A stretch of 64,000 nucleotides of DNA from Psilocybe cubensis. Taxonomy: Eukaryota. The position numbers were made by a program, and so were the translations under genes. A model generated the notes under the pieces. It did no database searches and was not told the DNA's origin. It saw only the letters and a program-made list of their open reading frames with translations. Shown one piece after another: positions 11,549-23,609 of this stretch. Within the stretch, counting starts at the first letter, position 1. Every line of letters begins with the position of its first letter. The stretch is taken from positions 558,001-622,000 of the forward strand of contig CM039007.1 in assembly GCA_017499595.2 (NCBI GenBank), read 5' to 3'.

Positions 11549-11771
11549 CTCACAACAAAGAGGGTATGGCTTGGAATATGAATACAGGGGCATACCTACA
11601 GCTTGATCTAAGCGAGTAAGCGAGAGCCGAGCAAAACCAGAAACCAGAAAGCGATTGATTACTGCCAGTGGTAAAGTCGAAATTCTTCCCACGCTTTGAT
11701 CACGGGGAATGTAAATGGGCCATTGGACAGGGTTGTAAAATAACCTTTTGAACATAAAAACACTATCACTC

Positions 11772-14700
11772 ATGTCAGCTAGATCTAGTCAAAACAAGCG
11801 CCATCGCGTGGGATCGTATTACCACGACGTCATACCTTCAGTTGATGGATTCGACCTCATACAGGCCAGCGAGGTTGCTATACGAAATGTCGGCGGTGCA
11901 GAACGCGCGACTCGGCGGGTTGATGTTTCTCCTGTGCGTGCGGCTCGGTCCTGGGACCAAATCACCGACTGGTCCCCGCCAGATGATGACGAATATGCGC
12001 TGAATCCTAGCGGTGAACATCACGATGCAGAAGTTGAGGCGGATATTGTCACGGAGGATCCACTGCCCAAAAAGAAAAGGAGTGTTGTATCGGTATGTCG
12101 TGTCAATCAATTTTGTTTTCTTTGTTTTATTAATAAAAAATTAGAAACGCCCTCACAAAGTTTGGAAGGAACTACACCGTCAGTGCTACTTAGAAGAAAT
12201 TATTAGATGGGCTGGTCGCGGCGATTTTTGGAGCGCTACCGAGTGCCCGGATTGCAAGATTAGATCCATTCAGCCTCCAAGACCTGCAGAGTATCGGTGC
12301 CAGGAATGCTTCACCCCGGACTTGGTGTGTCAAAGTTGTTGTGTGCGGCGGCATAAGCAACACCCTTTTCATCGAATTGAGGTATGTTGAAGTTTTTGGA
12401 TGGTGGCGGGATTCTAATCCAATTTCAAGAGGTGGACTGGGTCATCCTTCGCCTCAGTTTCCCTTCGATCTCTAGGAGCCAAGGTCCAGTTAAATCATGC
12501 GAGCGGCTATTGCAAAAACCCTGTTCAAAGTCACTCCAAAATGCTTATACTTCACATCAATGGCATACACTCTGTCGACGTGCAGTACTGTAACTGTACA
12601 CGGGCCATTCCGCAACACCTTCAACTACTACGGCGAGGGTTATACCCCGCATCCCAGATTACTATCAAAACATGCGCCACATTCGAGTTGCTATCACTTC
12701 TTCACAAGCTTGCCTTGACGACAAAGGCATCCACGTACGACTTTTACAGATGTCTCGAGAAGATGACGTCCAATACGGGCATGAATACCCCTCCGTCTCG
12801 TTATCGTGCGCTCTTTCGCATGGTGCTGCAGTGGAGACATCTGCAGATGCTCAAGTGGGCTGGAAGAGGGCATGACCCTTCGGGTGCCGCAGGAACTGCT
12901 GATGGAGAACTCGCTATCAAGTGTCCGTCGTGTCCTCATCCCGAAATCAACCTTCCAGACAATTGGGAAAGCGCGCCGGATGATAGAAAGTGTGTTTGTT
13001 TTGCAACTGACCTATAACATTACTGACAATTTGAACAGGTTTTTGTATATGCTTATCGTGTGCATGGACGCCAACTTTCGACTTAAAAATCAACTTGTGT
13101 CAAACTATTCTCAAGACCCTGGCCTAGGAATTGGAATGGCATATATGCTGCCTAGGCATAGGTACGAACAATACGTGGCCAGTCGCGCCACTGATAAAGA
13201 CGTAAGTTTGGATATCATTTTTACATTTTACAGCAACTCATGTATAGAATCTTTTAGATCAGCACATGTGTAGGATTTCAGGCATTGGCCAAAGCCAACA
13301 CAAAGTTCTCCGTTGGTCTTCGATACACGGGCCTTGGAATGACAGTATGCGGGAGATCAGAAATGATCATGACTGTTGGAAATATGCACAAGGGAGAACG
13401 GTACGAGTATCTACATATTTGTGCATCTCAATGCTAATTTTATTATAAGATATGCGAACATGGACTACATATTTGCATGGTTTCTCCGCCTAGTTGCCGT
13501 GCGCCTTGTATTGGTGAGCTATGACATTGCTTGTCAATGGTTCATCAATCTTCTACGGCGGATGCAATCTGATTGGCCACAACACATTCAACCGCCCGCC
13601 AACATCACACTCTTACCGGCAATTCCAAAGTTGCATGAACCAATGCACAACCAGAGCAACCATCAAATGTATTCGCTCAACTTCATTCCTGGCGTTGGGC
13701 AAACCGATGGCGAGTGTCCTGAGCGCGTATGGGCGCCTCATAATTCCCTTGCCAACGCCACTAAAACTCAAGGCCCGGGCTCGCGTCAGGACACGCTCGA
13801 CGACCATTTCGGGTTCTGGAACTGGCAAAAATATACATCTATGGGGACTACATTGCTCCGTAGGTACAGGGATGCAATTGCTCAGCGCAATATCCAGACA
13901 GAGGGGCATAAGGGGTTCTCGGAGTCAATAAAAGCGGTGAATTCGGAGCTGCTTGTGCGTTGGGAGAAGATGTGTGTGGACTGGGAAACGGAAGGTTTTC
14001 CAAAGACAAAGAAAAATCCATATGAAATGAAGGATACCAGTACGTTCCGATTGCCTCAAATAAATTCACCTGACTAACTTGTTTTTATAGGTATCACGGA
14101 GGCTCAAGTCAAAAAAATGCTTGCTGACTCTGAGGCCGCCTTTCTTGCATCAGGAGGGTCAATGCCACATAAAACCACCCCATCGGCATTCATTAGCATG
14201 GGTTTAGATCTGGAAGAAACACAGTACGTCTTTCAAGAATTTTAATATCTTATTGTCAAGTCTAACAACAATATCAGACGTCGACTACGCCGCATTGCGA
14301 AGAATACAGGTGCTGATCCGACTGTACGACAAGCAGGAAGTCTTACCGAACAAAGAAACGTGTTAATCACACGTATATGCGCGTGGGAGCAGCTACTCCC
14401 AATCTACTTGCCTGGGATTATTCAGTACCAAACAGACCACCCTGTTCATGCCGCATCAACTCATGCCGAGGATACTCACTTATGGCTACCATCGTCAATT
14501 CCGGAGCCTCATCGAACAAACATTTGCGCGCCTGGGGTGGCCAACATAGAACGGAAGCTTCGAGAAGCACAGCTGACCGACTCGCTAAATGCTATTCGCC
14601 AAATCCTGAAAGTCAAAGCACGAATGATTGCATTCAAAAACAAAAACATCCGGGGACAACGAGGAGGCACACGGTCGACCTCGGTTATTGATCGCGTACA

Positions 14701-15619
14701 CGAAAGAGCGAGATTTGCTGCGGCAAAGTATCGTGCCGCACGCGTCGCCCATTTCGATCTTGTTGGCCCAGGAGAGTGGGAAAAAAACTTCCGCATCCTT
14801 GAAGATAAAGACATCCGAAGTTACCAAGATGTCGATCAGCTGCGGCCTTGTACTGGTCGGCGGGGTGTTTTGGAGGACCACCAAGTTGCTGCAGGAGAAG
14901 AAAACCCACCAGAGCAAGGCGATATGTTTTTATTCAATGAAGATCGCACGATTCGCCAAGGAAGCGGGCAAACACGTCGAACGCTATCGTGGATCTGGAC
15001 GGTTGTGACCCCCGTCTCGTTAGGTGCGGACCCGGCATCTATAATCACCCCAGGCTCCGAGTTGTGGAATTCATTGAATGAAGATCGCGACGACATTCTC
15101 CGAGTGGAGTGGGCAAGGAGCCGGGCCAGGATGCAACGTGCGTCCGAAGAAGTTCTTCTGCTGAAAGAAGAAATGCGGCGGGTACTGGTTTATCTTAGAT
15201 GGAGGGCTAATTGGTGGAGACAGCGTGAAAACGCTATTTCTACCACGAAGCGAGACATGCTTGAGGGCATCTCAGCTTATGCGCATTCACAGGCAACCTT
15301 ACAAGATTCTCTAGCTGATCATTTTGCCTCTTTATGGATGTCAGCTTTAAATACAGCTACTACACTACCATCAACAATACCAATCCCAGGATCCACCACA
15401 ACATCCTCAACCAGCACATCCGCCCCATTGAACAACCCAGGAAGCATGGTCAACGACGATGACGACGATGACGACGGTGACGACGATGATGACACTTTCA
15501 TTGACGACGAGACTGTGGTTGCGGAGGAAGATGTGGCTGTGTTATCGGAGATGAAAGGTGATAAGGAAATTATATATGTCGAGGAAGCTGAAATGGACGA
15601 AATTCAAGAACTGGATTAG
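11772..15619 (+). CDS. KDZ transposase with CxC2 cysteine cluster (Kyakuja type), multi-exon, apparently intact
   Basis: Motifs YRCQECF..CQSCCVRRHKQHPFHRIE, HINGIHSVDVQYCNC, QLLRRGLYPAS, CPSCPHP, CMDANFRLK, KGERYANMDY, SYDIACQW, IPKLHEPMH, GQTDGECPERVW, RQDTLDDH and VEWARSRAR. Exons join in frame with no stops. Confidence 0.93.
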
Positions 15620-15941
15620 AACTATATTTAGTACCAGTTAATATATTCATTTAACATTGTCCTTACGATGCACTAATTAACTACAGTGAACTGCACTTTG
15701 ATAGCAAAGCTAAGTGCATTGAATAGGAGAGCCAGACTGGGGAGTCGGGAGAGTAAACAGCGGCAGTGAACTGTGCAGCAACAGCCGCTGGCCCAATCCA
15801 CCCCGCCCACTGCAACCCACTTTTCCTCGCTATTGAATTGATTCCCCATGCGCTATTAATTATTCGACGTGTGAAACGGGTGCCCAACGGCGAGAGGTGC
15901 GTAGAGTCGCATGGGCACGCGATGCAGACCGACGATCAATG

Positions 15942-16657
15942 ATCCGTGATCCGTCGACCTAATCCGGAAGGTGCGCAGAACCAATGCGAACGTCATCCAG
16001 ATTCGACCCGCCCAATCCATCCCGCCCCCTGCCCGTACCAGGGCGCAAAGGAGGGCATCATAATCTGCTCGTCGCGGCGATCCTGACGCATTTTTTCCCG
16101 CCATAATTCGCCGACCAGACGACGAGCAACCCCTGGTTTTGAAGGCGCGGGGGCGTGCAGGCTGCGTCCTGCGGTATCGGTGCGCGACGCGCGCGACGCG
16201 GCATGATGATCATTTTGATCATCATTCCCATCAATGAAGGATTGGCCTGGATCGGCCCATGAATTTGCACGCGTGTAACTAATACATCCGTGACAACCCC
16301 TGTACCTAAAACGGAAGGCGCGCAGAATTAATGCTGGGCGTCATCCAAAGTCGACCCGCCCAATCCATCCCGCCCAGTGCCCGTACCCGCGCGCAAACAA
16401 CGCCGACGCAATCTGCTCGTCGAGGCGGTCCCGACGAATTTTTTCCCGCCAAAATCGGCCGCCCGGACGACGAGCAACGCATTTTTCGCGCCCGCGGGGG
16501 CCCCGCTCGCTGTTGTTGACGTTTTGTTTGGTCGTATTGTCCATACCCCTGGCTAACCGCGTGCCGCACAGGTGAACACATCAAATGTGGCACCTGGCAG
16601 TTGCCTCCGTAGATATATACCATACACCTGGCAACTGCCAGGGTATGAAGGTTTCAA
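15942..16657 (-). repeat. Right terminal inverted repeat (~716 bp)
   Basis: Reverse complement of 2864-3579. Confidence 0.95.
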
Positions 16658-16929
16658 CGGGCCACTAGAGGTGGTGCTCTATCACCTGCCCTAGATCTCC
16701 TCTTTCTCCTCTCCTCTCATGTCCATTTCGTCCGTTGCCCATGAACAACCGTCCCGCCGTGCTGAGCGCATACCAAAGTTTGGTTTGGGTCTGATGGGTG
16801 AGTATAAGCACTCTGGATCTTTTTACAAGCAGTTTACCTGTCCTAGTACACTTCCTCTCATGTCATCAATGTGCTAGCCAAGGCCCAAACACCGCGGTCA
16901 TTTTAGTCATGCAAAATATTGAATTTATT

Positions 16930-17144
16930 GCCTTTCTTACAGGCCATAACTAAATAATAGATGGCGAAAAATAACGTACCTAAAGTATGTGACGGAATAT
17001 AGATATTTGTATAGTGCACTCGGTGCAGGGTGTCGGAAGTCGTTCAGCCATAGCGGGATTGTGAGTTGCCTAGCGATCACTCGGCATCTCTGCCGGACGA
17101 TGTTTGGTTTGTGTCTGGGCACCTCGCTCTTCCGGCTTTCCATA
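16930..17144 (-). repeat. Outer inverted repeat, right copy
   Basis: 16994-17144 equals revcomp of 2109-2259. Looser match to ~16930. Confidence 0.9.
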
Positions 17145-17867
17145 CTAAACATCAATGAGCTATAGTTAGGTCAGCCTGGAGTCCTTTTAGACAGGCCTGC
17201 CAATTCAAATGAACAAGAAAGGATAAATTATACAGATTCTCACCCAGTGACAGTTCAACCGCACTGAATAAGTGCAGTGCGGCCAAGTTGTGGTTTGATG
17301 CAGGAATATACGGTCGGATGGTAGGCAAAGTCGTGACGCAATACCGACTCAGAGACTTTGGTCTATTTCTGAAAAGTCCGCCTAGGAGAAAGTCAATAGG
17401 CCGACATCGCTCAAACAGATTCCAGCGAGATAAAGGGGAACGGATGGCAAAAAACAATATGTTTAGAAGACAATGAAAGAAAAATGTCAGAATATTTGTG
17501 GTGACACAACTCTTTGAATTTGATTCTTGTTGGAACGTTACCAGCTGTTGGCAAAGATATAGTCATCTGCCCGCTACCCACTTGGTTTTCAGGGGATTTG
17601 CGACACCGATTTTTGTAGGTTGAATAGTGAGGGGAAGGAGTCAAAGACGGTGAAGGACGAGAAACGAGAAACGAGGTTCATGCAACACGGTTTAAATAGA
17701 ATGTATGTACATGTACACAAAAGAGTATACTAGAGAAATAAGAGAAGGTGATCTGAAGTGAGGCCTGACAAAAGGCAGGCACTTCAGTAGAAATTGAACA
17801 TCATGAGCTGTGAGAAGATTTATGAAGCACTCAACTAGGAAAATCAAGTGCGTACACTCATCGTGGA

Positions 17868-18661
17868 TTTTTTTTTTGGTGGAGCCCGCCAGCTTACTGG
17901 TGGCTTAATGAGAGAAGGAGACTTTCACTCCATCCGGTCTGTCACCACGGGATAATGTCTTAGCACACCTATTTCCAGGTAGTGTGGACTAAGGTGACAC
18001 AAGTATCTGGATCAATCCACACCCACTAAAACCCGGGTTTGCCGAATCCAATCTTCCTGCAGCCCATCTCTGTCCGCAAGAATTTCCCACCAACCAATTC
18101 TTTCTTGAGGCTTAAGCGCCCGTATCGGACCTTGTTGGTTGCCAGGGTTTCCAGGCGCAGCCATCTGTTTATGGCCGATGTCTAACCCCGCCTTACATGG
18201 GGCGGGTTGGCTTTTTCGAGGGGTCTGGTTTGTCCGTTAATCACCAACATCTAGTCTTCCATATAAAGTGTGCAGTCTCCGTTAGAAGTATCGTAAGAAA
18301 GCGGGAGGCGCCTTGGAGGTGTCGCCCCTTGGTGTCCTTGACAGTCACCAGGTTTGCACCCAGGACCAACCCCAGGGTGGGTTGAGGCCAAGGCATGTTT
18401 CTCAGCACCTATAGCTCCGAAGCAATGTCCCAGGCGTGTTGTAGGCCCAACGTCTGACATTTGAAGAGTATGTGGGCCATGGTTTCAGGTATTTGACATT
18501 CAGCGCACAGGCCCCTTCCCCCCAACGTGGAAATTTGGTCCCAATAGTGGCCAACCTTATACGCGTCGTGCATCGTCTTCCACAGGAGCGCTCGGATACG
18601 GTGCGGGAAGACCTTGGTCTTGATCAGGCTACGCCATATGGCCTCGTCACTAAGTAGCCAG
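17868..18661 (-). mobile_element. 5'-truncated, degraded non-LTR (LINE) retrotransposon insertion
   Basis: A10 tail (T run 17868-17877) and 12-bp TSD ACTCATCGTGGA (17856-17867 / 18662-18673). The translation gives a zf-RVT-like C-terminus: LLWKTMHDAYKVGHYW..GLCAECQIPETMAHILFKC..ETAHFIWKTRC..DWIRQTRVLVGVD*, with internal stops and frameshifts. Confidence 0.9.
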
Positions 18662-18673
18662 ACTCATCGTGGA

Positions 18674-19315
18674 ATTATCATCCTAGGCTCTTACCCAGCC
18701 GTTTCTGACTAATCACTTTTTCTAGAGTCCACGTCGTGACGGACCCGGCATAAGGCATTATAGATATGCCATCGTTCTCAATAACCAAGGAAGATCTGGC
18801 CTTGAGTACTTTGTCATGTGCGGCCATGTCGAGTTCGTGCAGGTTGATGAAAATTAAAATGGATGATTTCAAGTAGCATGGTGAGGGGAACATCTGGAAA
18901 TGCTTCAGGCAAAGATTCACTAGTAGAAGAACTCCCTGATGAATTGCTAACAAATGCAGGAATCTGGGACACTGGATGAGACTTTGGTGTGGTAGTAGCG
19001 GCTGCCGTCTTGGGTGCACGAGGAGTAAGAAGCCTTGAATTGCTTGCTGGTTAGGTTAATACCAAACCCGGCAGATGATGGAGGTGGTGTGTCGCCTGAC
19101 GATGATAACATGCTTAGTGATGAAAGGCAAGGTGATGGTGATGGTGGAAGAAAAGAGGTGGGAGAAAGACATAAACTCCCTAGGCCGGAAACTAGCTGGT
19201 CTTCGACTACTAAAGAATCTGAAAGCTCAGAATCCGATAGCGAGGAGTCGTCGTCACTCACGCTTTCAGGAGGTAGTGGATGAGGCGCGGAAATGAATCG
19301 GGGACGTTGGTTCAT
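18674..19315 (-). pseudogene. Degraded ORF, possibly gag-like from a tyrosine-recombinase retroelement
   Basis: Frameshifted pieces: a Ser/Pro-rich N-terminus, then FPDVPLTMLLEIIHFNF / NLHELDMAAHDK. The resemblance is recalled, not searched. Confidence 0.3.
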
Positions 19316-19622
19316 GGACCAATGATTGACACCTCAAGCACATTCATCCGCTCTGTCGATTGAAGAAAACACCTGGCAATGTGTTTGGTCGACTGCCGCT
19401 CACACGGTAATCCTGGCCCAGGGGTGATCCTTGTTGTTACCGAATGAGAGGCAGTCTTTCAAAATAAGCCCTGCTGAACAAGTAGTCGGTCGAGGTTGAG
19501 GCGCCCAACAGAATGTCACCATCCGAGTCGAGCTTGGTAGTGGCTAAGACGACGGTACCCAAAGCAGGTTTCCGGGGTCAGGTTGTGCCTCTGGATCAAA
19601 CAAATAACCAACCCGGTGAATG

Positions 19623-19679
19623 GAGGTGCCCAGACACAAACCAAATATCGTCCGGCAGGTATGCCGAGTGATCGCTAGG
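19623..19679 (+). repeat. Third, partial (57-bp) copy of the outer repeat core
   Basis: Matches 2128-2184 with 3 mismatches. Confidence 0.9.
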
Positions 19680-19875
19680 GAACATTCGCCTCATGACAAA
19701 CAAACCAATACAATCACCAAACAATCACAGCAATCCATCCTTGATGTTCCGACCAAATTTCGGGCGCGCAATAATGTCGTATCTATGACCGCTCGCCAAA
19801 TTCAAAATGTCATTGAACTGGAGTCCCTTCCTCAATAATCTCAAAGACACTGAACAAAAACTTCATTCGAATATG

Positions 19876-22565
19876 CTATTGCTCTAAACTCATCCTCGAT
19901 GTTCGGAATAATTCAACCATCCCAATAGGAATCAAATCGTGATCCACCACCTCCAGACCACCAAAACTATCGATGATGGCGCCTCCATACACGCTAAGAA
20001 TCCATTTCTCGTACCAATCTATCGAATCCCATTCTGAGTCCCTGGAGTTGTCCCGCATGGCCTCCCTAATCTTTGGCATAAGGGTTATGCGTCTTGGATT
20101 AGGAGAGCATAGCATCTCCCTGTACGTCTCACCCCATCTGGATAACCAAGATTCCCTCAAAGACGTATACTCGTCAAATGACATAAATGCGACCTTTGTA
20201 GGACCGACCCTTGAGTCCCGCCTTTCTTTGCTAGCCTCGTATTCGCTCCTATCACCCTCAGCTTGTTTTTTGAACAAATCTTCGGGTAACGTGTTGGTCT
20301 TTCCGTTTGATGCCAGAGGTCGCCCAAACTTCTCCAAACCTAAGACATCCAGTGCCACGTTACGCAGCCCCAGTCCACCTCTCGCAATGGGGAAATAGAA
20401 ATACCCATCAGGCATGTCTTTAATGTCAAAGCGGTCTTCAATGGTTTTCTTCAGATATCCAACCGCTCCTCCATCGGTACCCTCGTATTTTGGAAATAGT
20501 TCCGTCTGAATACGACCCATGGTTTCGATCAAATCGTTGATGTGCGCATCGGTAAAACAATTTGCAGGAATACCTCCAAAATTTCTCAAGAATGAGGCGA
20601 CATATTTGTTGTAGGCATTGATCCAACCGAATACGGATTTCGAACCCGCAAGCTGGCGTTTCGTCTCGGCGATATGACGGTTAACATCCTCCTGATCGAT
20701 AACAAATCGACCAGCATTTGGGTCAAATTTTAGGAAACCCCAGCGGACATCCCCTTCAGGTAGCCTAACGTGGTCATCCGTCAGTGTCCCCACGAAGGTG
20801 GAACCAGTTTTCTTCTTGTTGAATTTGAGCCCAGCAAGATCGGCATACGTGTTCATCTCTGCCCACCCGTCAGCCACCTTCTTCGCATCCGAATCCCATA
20901 TCCAGAGGTCGTCGTGCATTCTGTACAGGTGCAGGCCTCCAGCCCTCTGAGTGACCGCCAAATCCATGACAAAAAGGACTGCCTCTCCAAAAACAACACT
21001 CATGGCATACGCAATTGGCGTACCGCGTTTGCGGATGCGAGACTGGGTATCTTCTGGAAATCGCAGCGGCGTGGCTAGGAAAGCACGGAAGAAATTGAGC
21101 CAGGGTGTAGGGAAGCCTAAGAACTCGAGCACGGTGAATATTGTGTCGTGCGGCAGAGAAGGTCCAAACCACTCCAAATCTGAACGGACCATACAGTGAC
21201 TACCGTGCAGAGTTTTGTTCAAGTAGCAATCTGTGGTCATGACATGTAGTAGCTTGCGCTTAACTGTTGCAGGTGAGGCCATGTTTTCGCCTTCTTCATC
21301 ACCTTCAGGTGCATCCACCAAGTCATCGTAGCTCGATGGGATGCTCACTTCGTCCTGCAACCGATTGAGGAAGAAGTATTGTCTCCGATTATCGTCCCTT
21401 GCGCTATTGATGGAAAACGACCCGTCCCCGTCCTGTAGTTGCATAGACCAACGTTTTGAATTCGCAGGTGTTGGTTGACCAGGACGCGCCCAAGCTTTAC
21501 TGTCAAAGACATCGAATAATCGTATCTTCATCTCGACTTGCCATGCCACTGCTATATGCTGAAGGAACAGTGCGTCGATAATCTCTGGGTCAGTGAAACC
21601 CCTGACAAGATTGGTAAATATCAGATTTATGCATTTGCTTTTGGGAGTTACACTTACCGATATTTTCCATGAAGGTGACGGCGAAACTCAACGACCATCG
21701 GCTCCTTTGGCCAGCACCAGGAGCCTAGATTGCTCAGCCGCATGTTGAGGACGCTGGCCAACTCCTTCATCACTGTACCATTCCCCTTGAACGCCTTCAG
21801 CACGTCTCTATTTTCCTCGTCCATCAATCCAGATGACAACAAGCCTTGAATAGCATAGCCCACATCCGCGGTTGTGATGGGCTTTCTTTGCAGAGCGTAT
21901 CCAAAATTGGCAAAATTGTTCCTCAACCTCTCCAATGCAGCTGCTCCCTCCGCCGAATCAAATAGCCCTTCCAAGTAATCATGCAATTTGTCGGTGTTGA
22001 TGGGATAGTCTTCGAAAATGACAGACTCAAGTTTCTCCTTCTCTGCACGCAGATCCGTCCGCCCAACATCCACAAAGCTCATCGCATCCGAGTCAAAGGT
22101 CTCCTCTTCCACTCCGGATTGATAGGTCAAAGCAGCAGAGTCTCCGCTAGATATCCACTCATTAAACAGATTCCCAAACAGCTTCGCAGCGTTAAAACGT
22201 AGGGTGTTGTGGTGCATGTGTTCCTCGAGCGTTCGTGCCCAGCCTCGTGCAACGTCGAGATTGAAGCTAGGATCCCTCTCTGCCTGGTGGATCCAAAAAT
22301 CAAGGTCTGAGAGCTGGAGCTTGCCGCCAATACTGTCAAGTCTGCTGACTGCACCGGATCCTGTCCAAGATTCAACGGCTTTGGCAAGAACCTTAACTTG
22401 ACCAAGAATGTCCCCCTTTTCCGCCAACGCTTTTGAGTCGTCTATGACCTTGATATGCGCCTGGTATGCGAGACGTTGTTTCTCAAGCTCGGCGAGTTTG
22501 ATGTCCGTTATGAAGCTTATTGTCCTTCCGAAGGATGATTTCCCGATGTTGGATGGTTTGGACAT
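19876..22565 (-). CDS. rvt: RVT-family reverse transcriptase-related protein (2 exons: 22565-21658, 21601-19876; ~877 aa)
   Basis: N-terminal FITDIKLAELEKQR coiled coil, then GKYRGFTDPEIIDALFLQHI, VRSDLEWFGPSLPH, KRGTPIAYAMS, the catalytic-type YRMHDDLW and YFPIARGGLGL. No endonuclease, integrase or terminal repeats. Confidence 0.9.
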
Positions 22566-23609
22566 GTTGCGGCTACTGAGTCACGGGTAAGTCCCTCCGG
22601 AGGGCTTGTTTTTTTCATTTTGTTATTGTAGGCTGGTCTATTTATCTGAGGTTGCTTTGAAATTCTATGTCCTTCTATGGGATACGAGAACCTCCTTGTC
22701 GATGTTTTGAGCGCTCATTGCGTTGTCGAAATGACTCGTTTACTTCGGGCTTCTTGGCCGAACCGTTTTCGCTACGTGGAAGTACCGCATTTGTTACATT
22801 TGTGAACATGTGCATCTTTTTCTGACGTACTAACACTAGATTGAGAAAAATGCAGTGCAGAACTGTGCAGAAGGTAAAAGAACAATTTTGTGTCTTCTAA
22901 GTAGCAGTGTAGTATGTGCGTACCGCCTACTGAAGTTTCGAGTACGAAAGCTGTCGGTAATTGACTCCGGGTGCACTGGCCACCAACCGACTTGGTTTTT
23001 GTTCTTGCATGCGGGCCTCAAAATATGTATGCAAACATCCTGTTAACTTTCCGTATTGAAAGACAGTCAAGTCTCGACAAGGATCTACGAGACGACTTGC
23101 GACTGGCTGTCGCTGTCGGGAATGGTGGGAATTTGTACACTCATGTCAAATTTCTACCCGATTAAGGAGGACAACAGGGGGTTTACGGGTTCGCAGCTAA
23201 CGATCATCATCAGTTGCTTGTCACATCCGTCATGGTGTTCGGGACTCTCGACAGTTAAAACCTTAACGGTGGTCTAGTTCTTGATCGCTGTAGCCTTACC
23301 AGCTCAACTTGATCTTGATTGATATAGTCAGAAATCAATTCACAATGGTAGGCTACACCGTCTGCTTCTCTTCACTGACTATTCTGAAATCTTGTACTAG
23401 GTTGAATGACAACAGTGAACAATATGTTTATTGACCTACACCAACATCAAGGCCCCTATCGGCGGAAAACGAGAACGAGAACTAAATGAAATTTATTCAC
23501 GGATTGATGTATGATCCCTGCGTTCTCTGTCAGAAATCCTAAACTTGGCCACCGATGGTATACAAAAGGGGGCATCGTTAGAATGATGGTAGCCTCCTTA
23601 TCCCTTCTC

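Larger units (their letters stand above)
2864..16657. mobile_element. KDZ (Kyakuja-type) DNA transposon carrying TET/JBP and three other cargo genes
   Basis: Bounded by long TIRs (TTGAAACCTTCATACCC...GGGTATGAAGGTTTCAA). Contains an intact CxC2-KDZ transposase and a TET/JBP gene. No TSD seen at these ends. Confidence 0.9.

Noticed and set aside
18662-18700. FHDE motif suggesting a DDE transposase at the LINE target site
   Set aside because: It is preceded by two stops and the expected downstream motifs are absent on the other side of the insertion.
19876-22565. RT gene as the autonomous partner of the nearby LINE fragment
   Set aside because: It has an intron, rvt-specific motifs and no endonuclease or zinc finger, and it lies outside the TSD-bounded insert.
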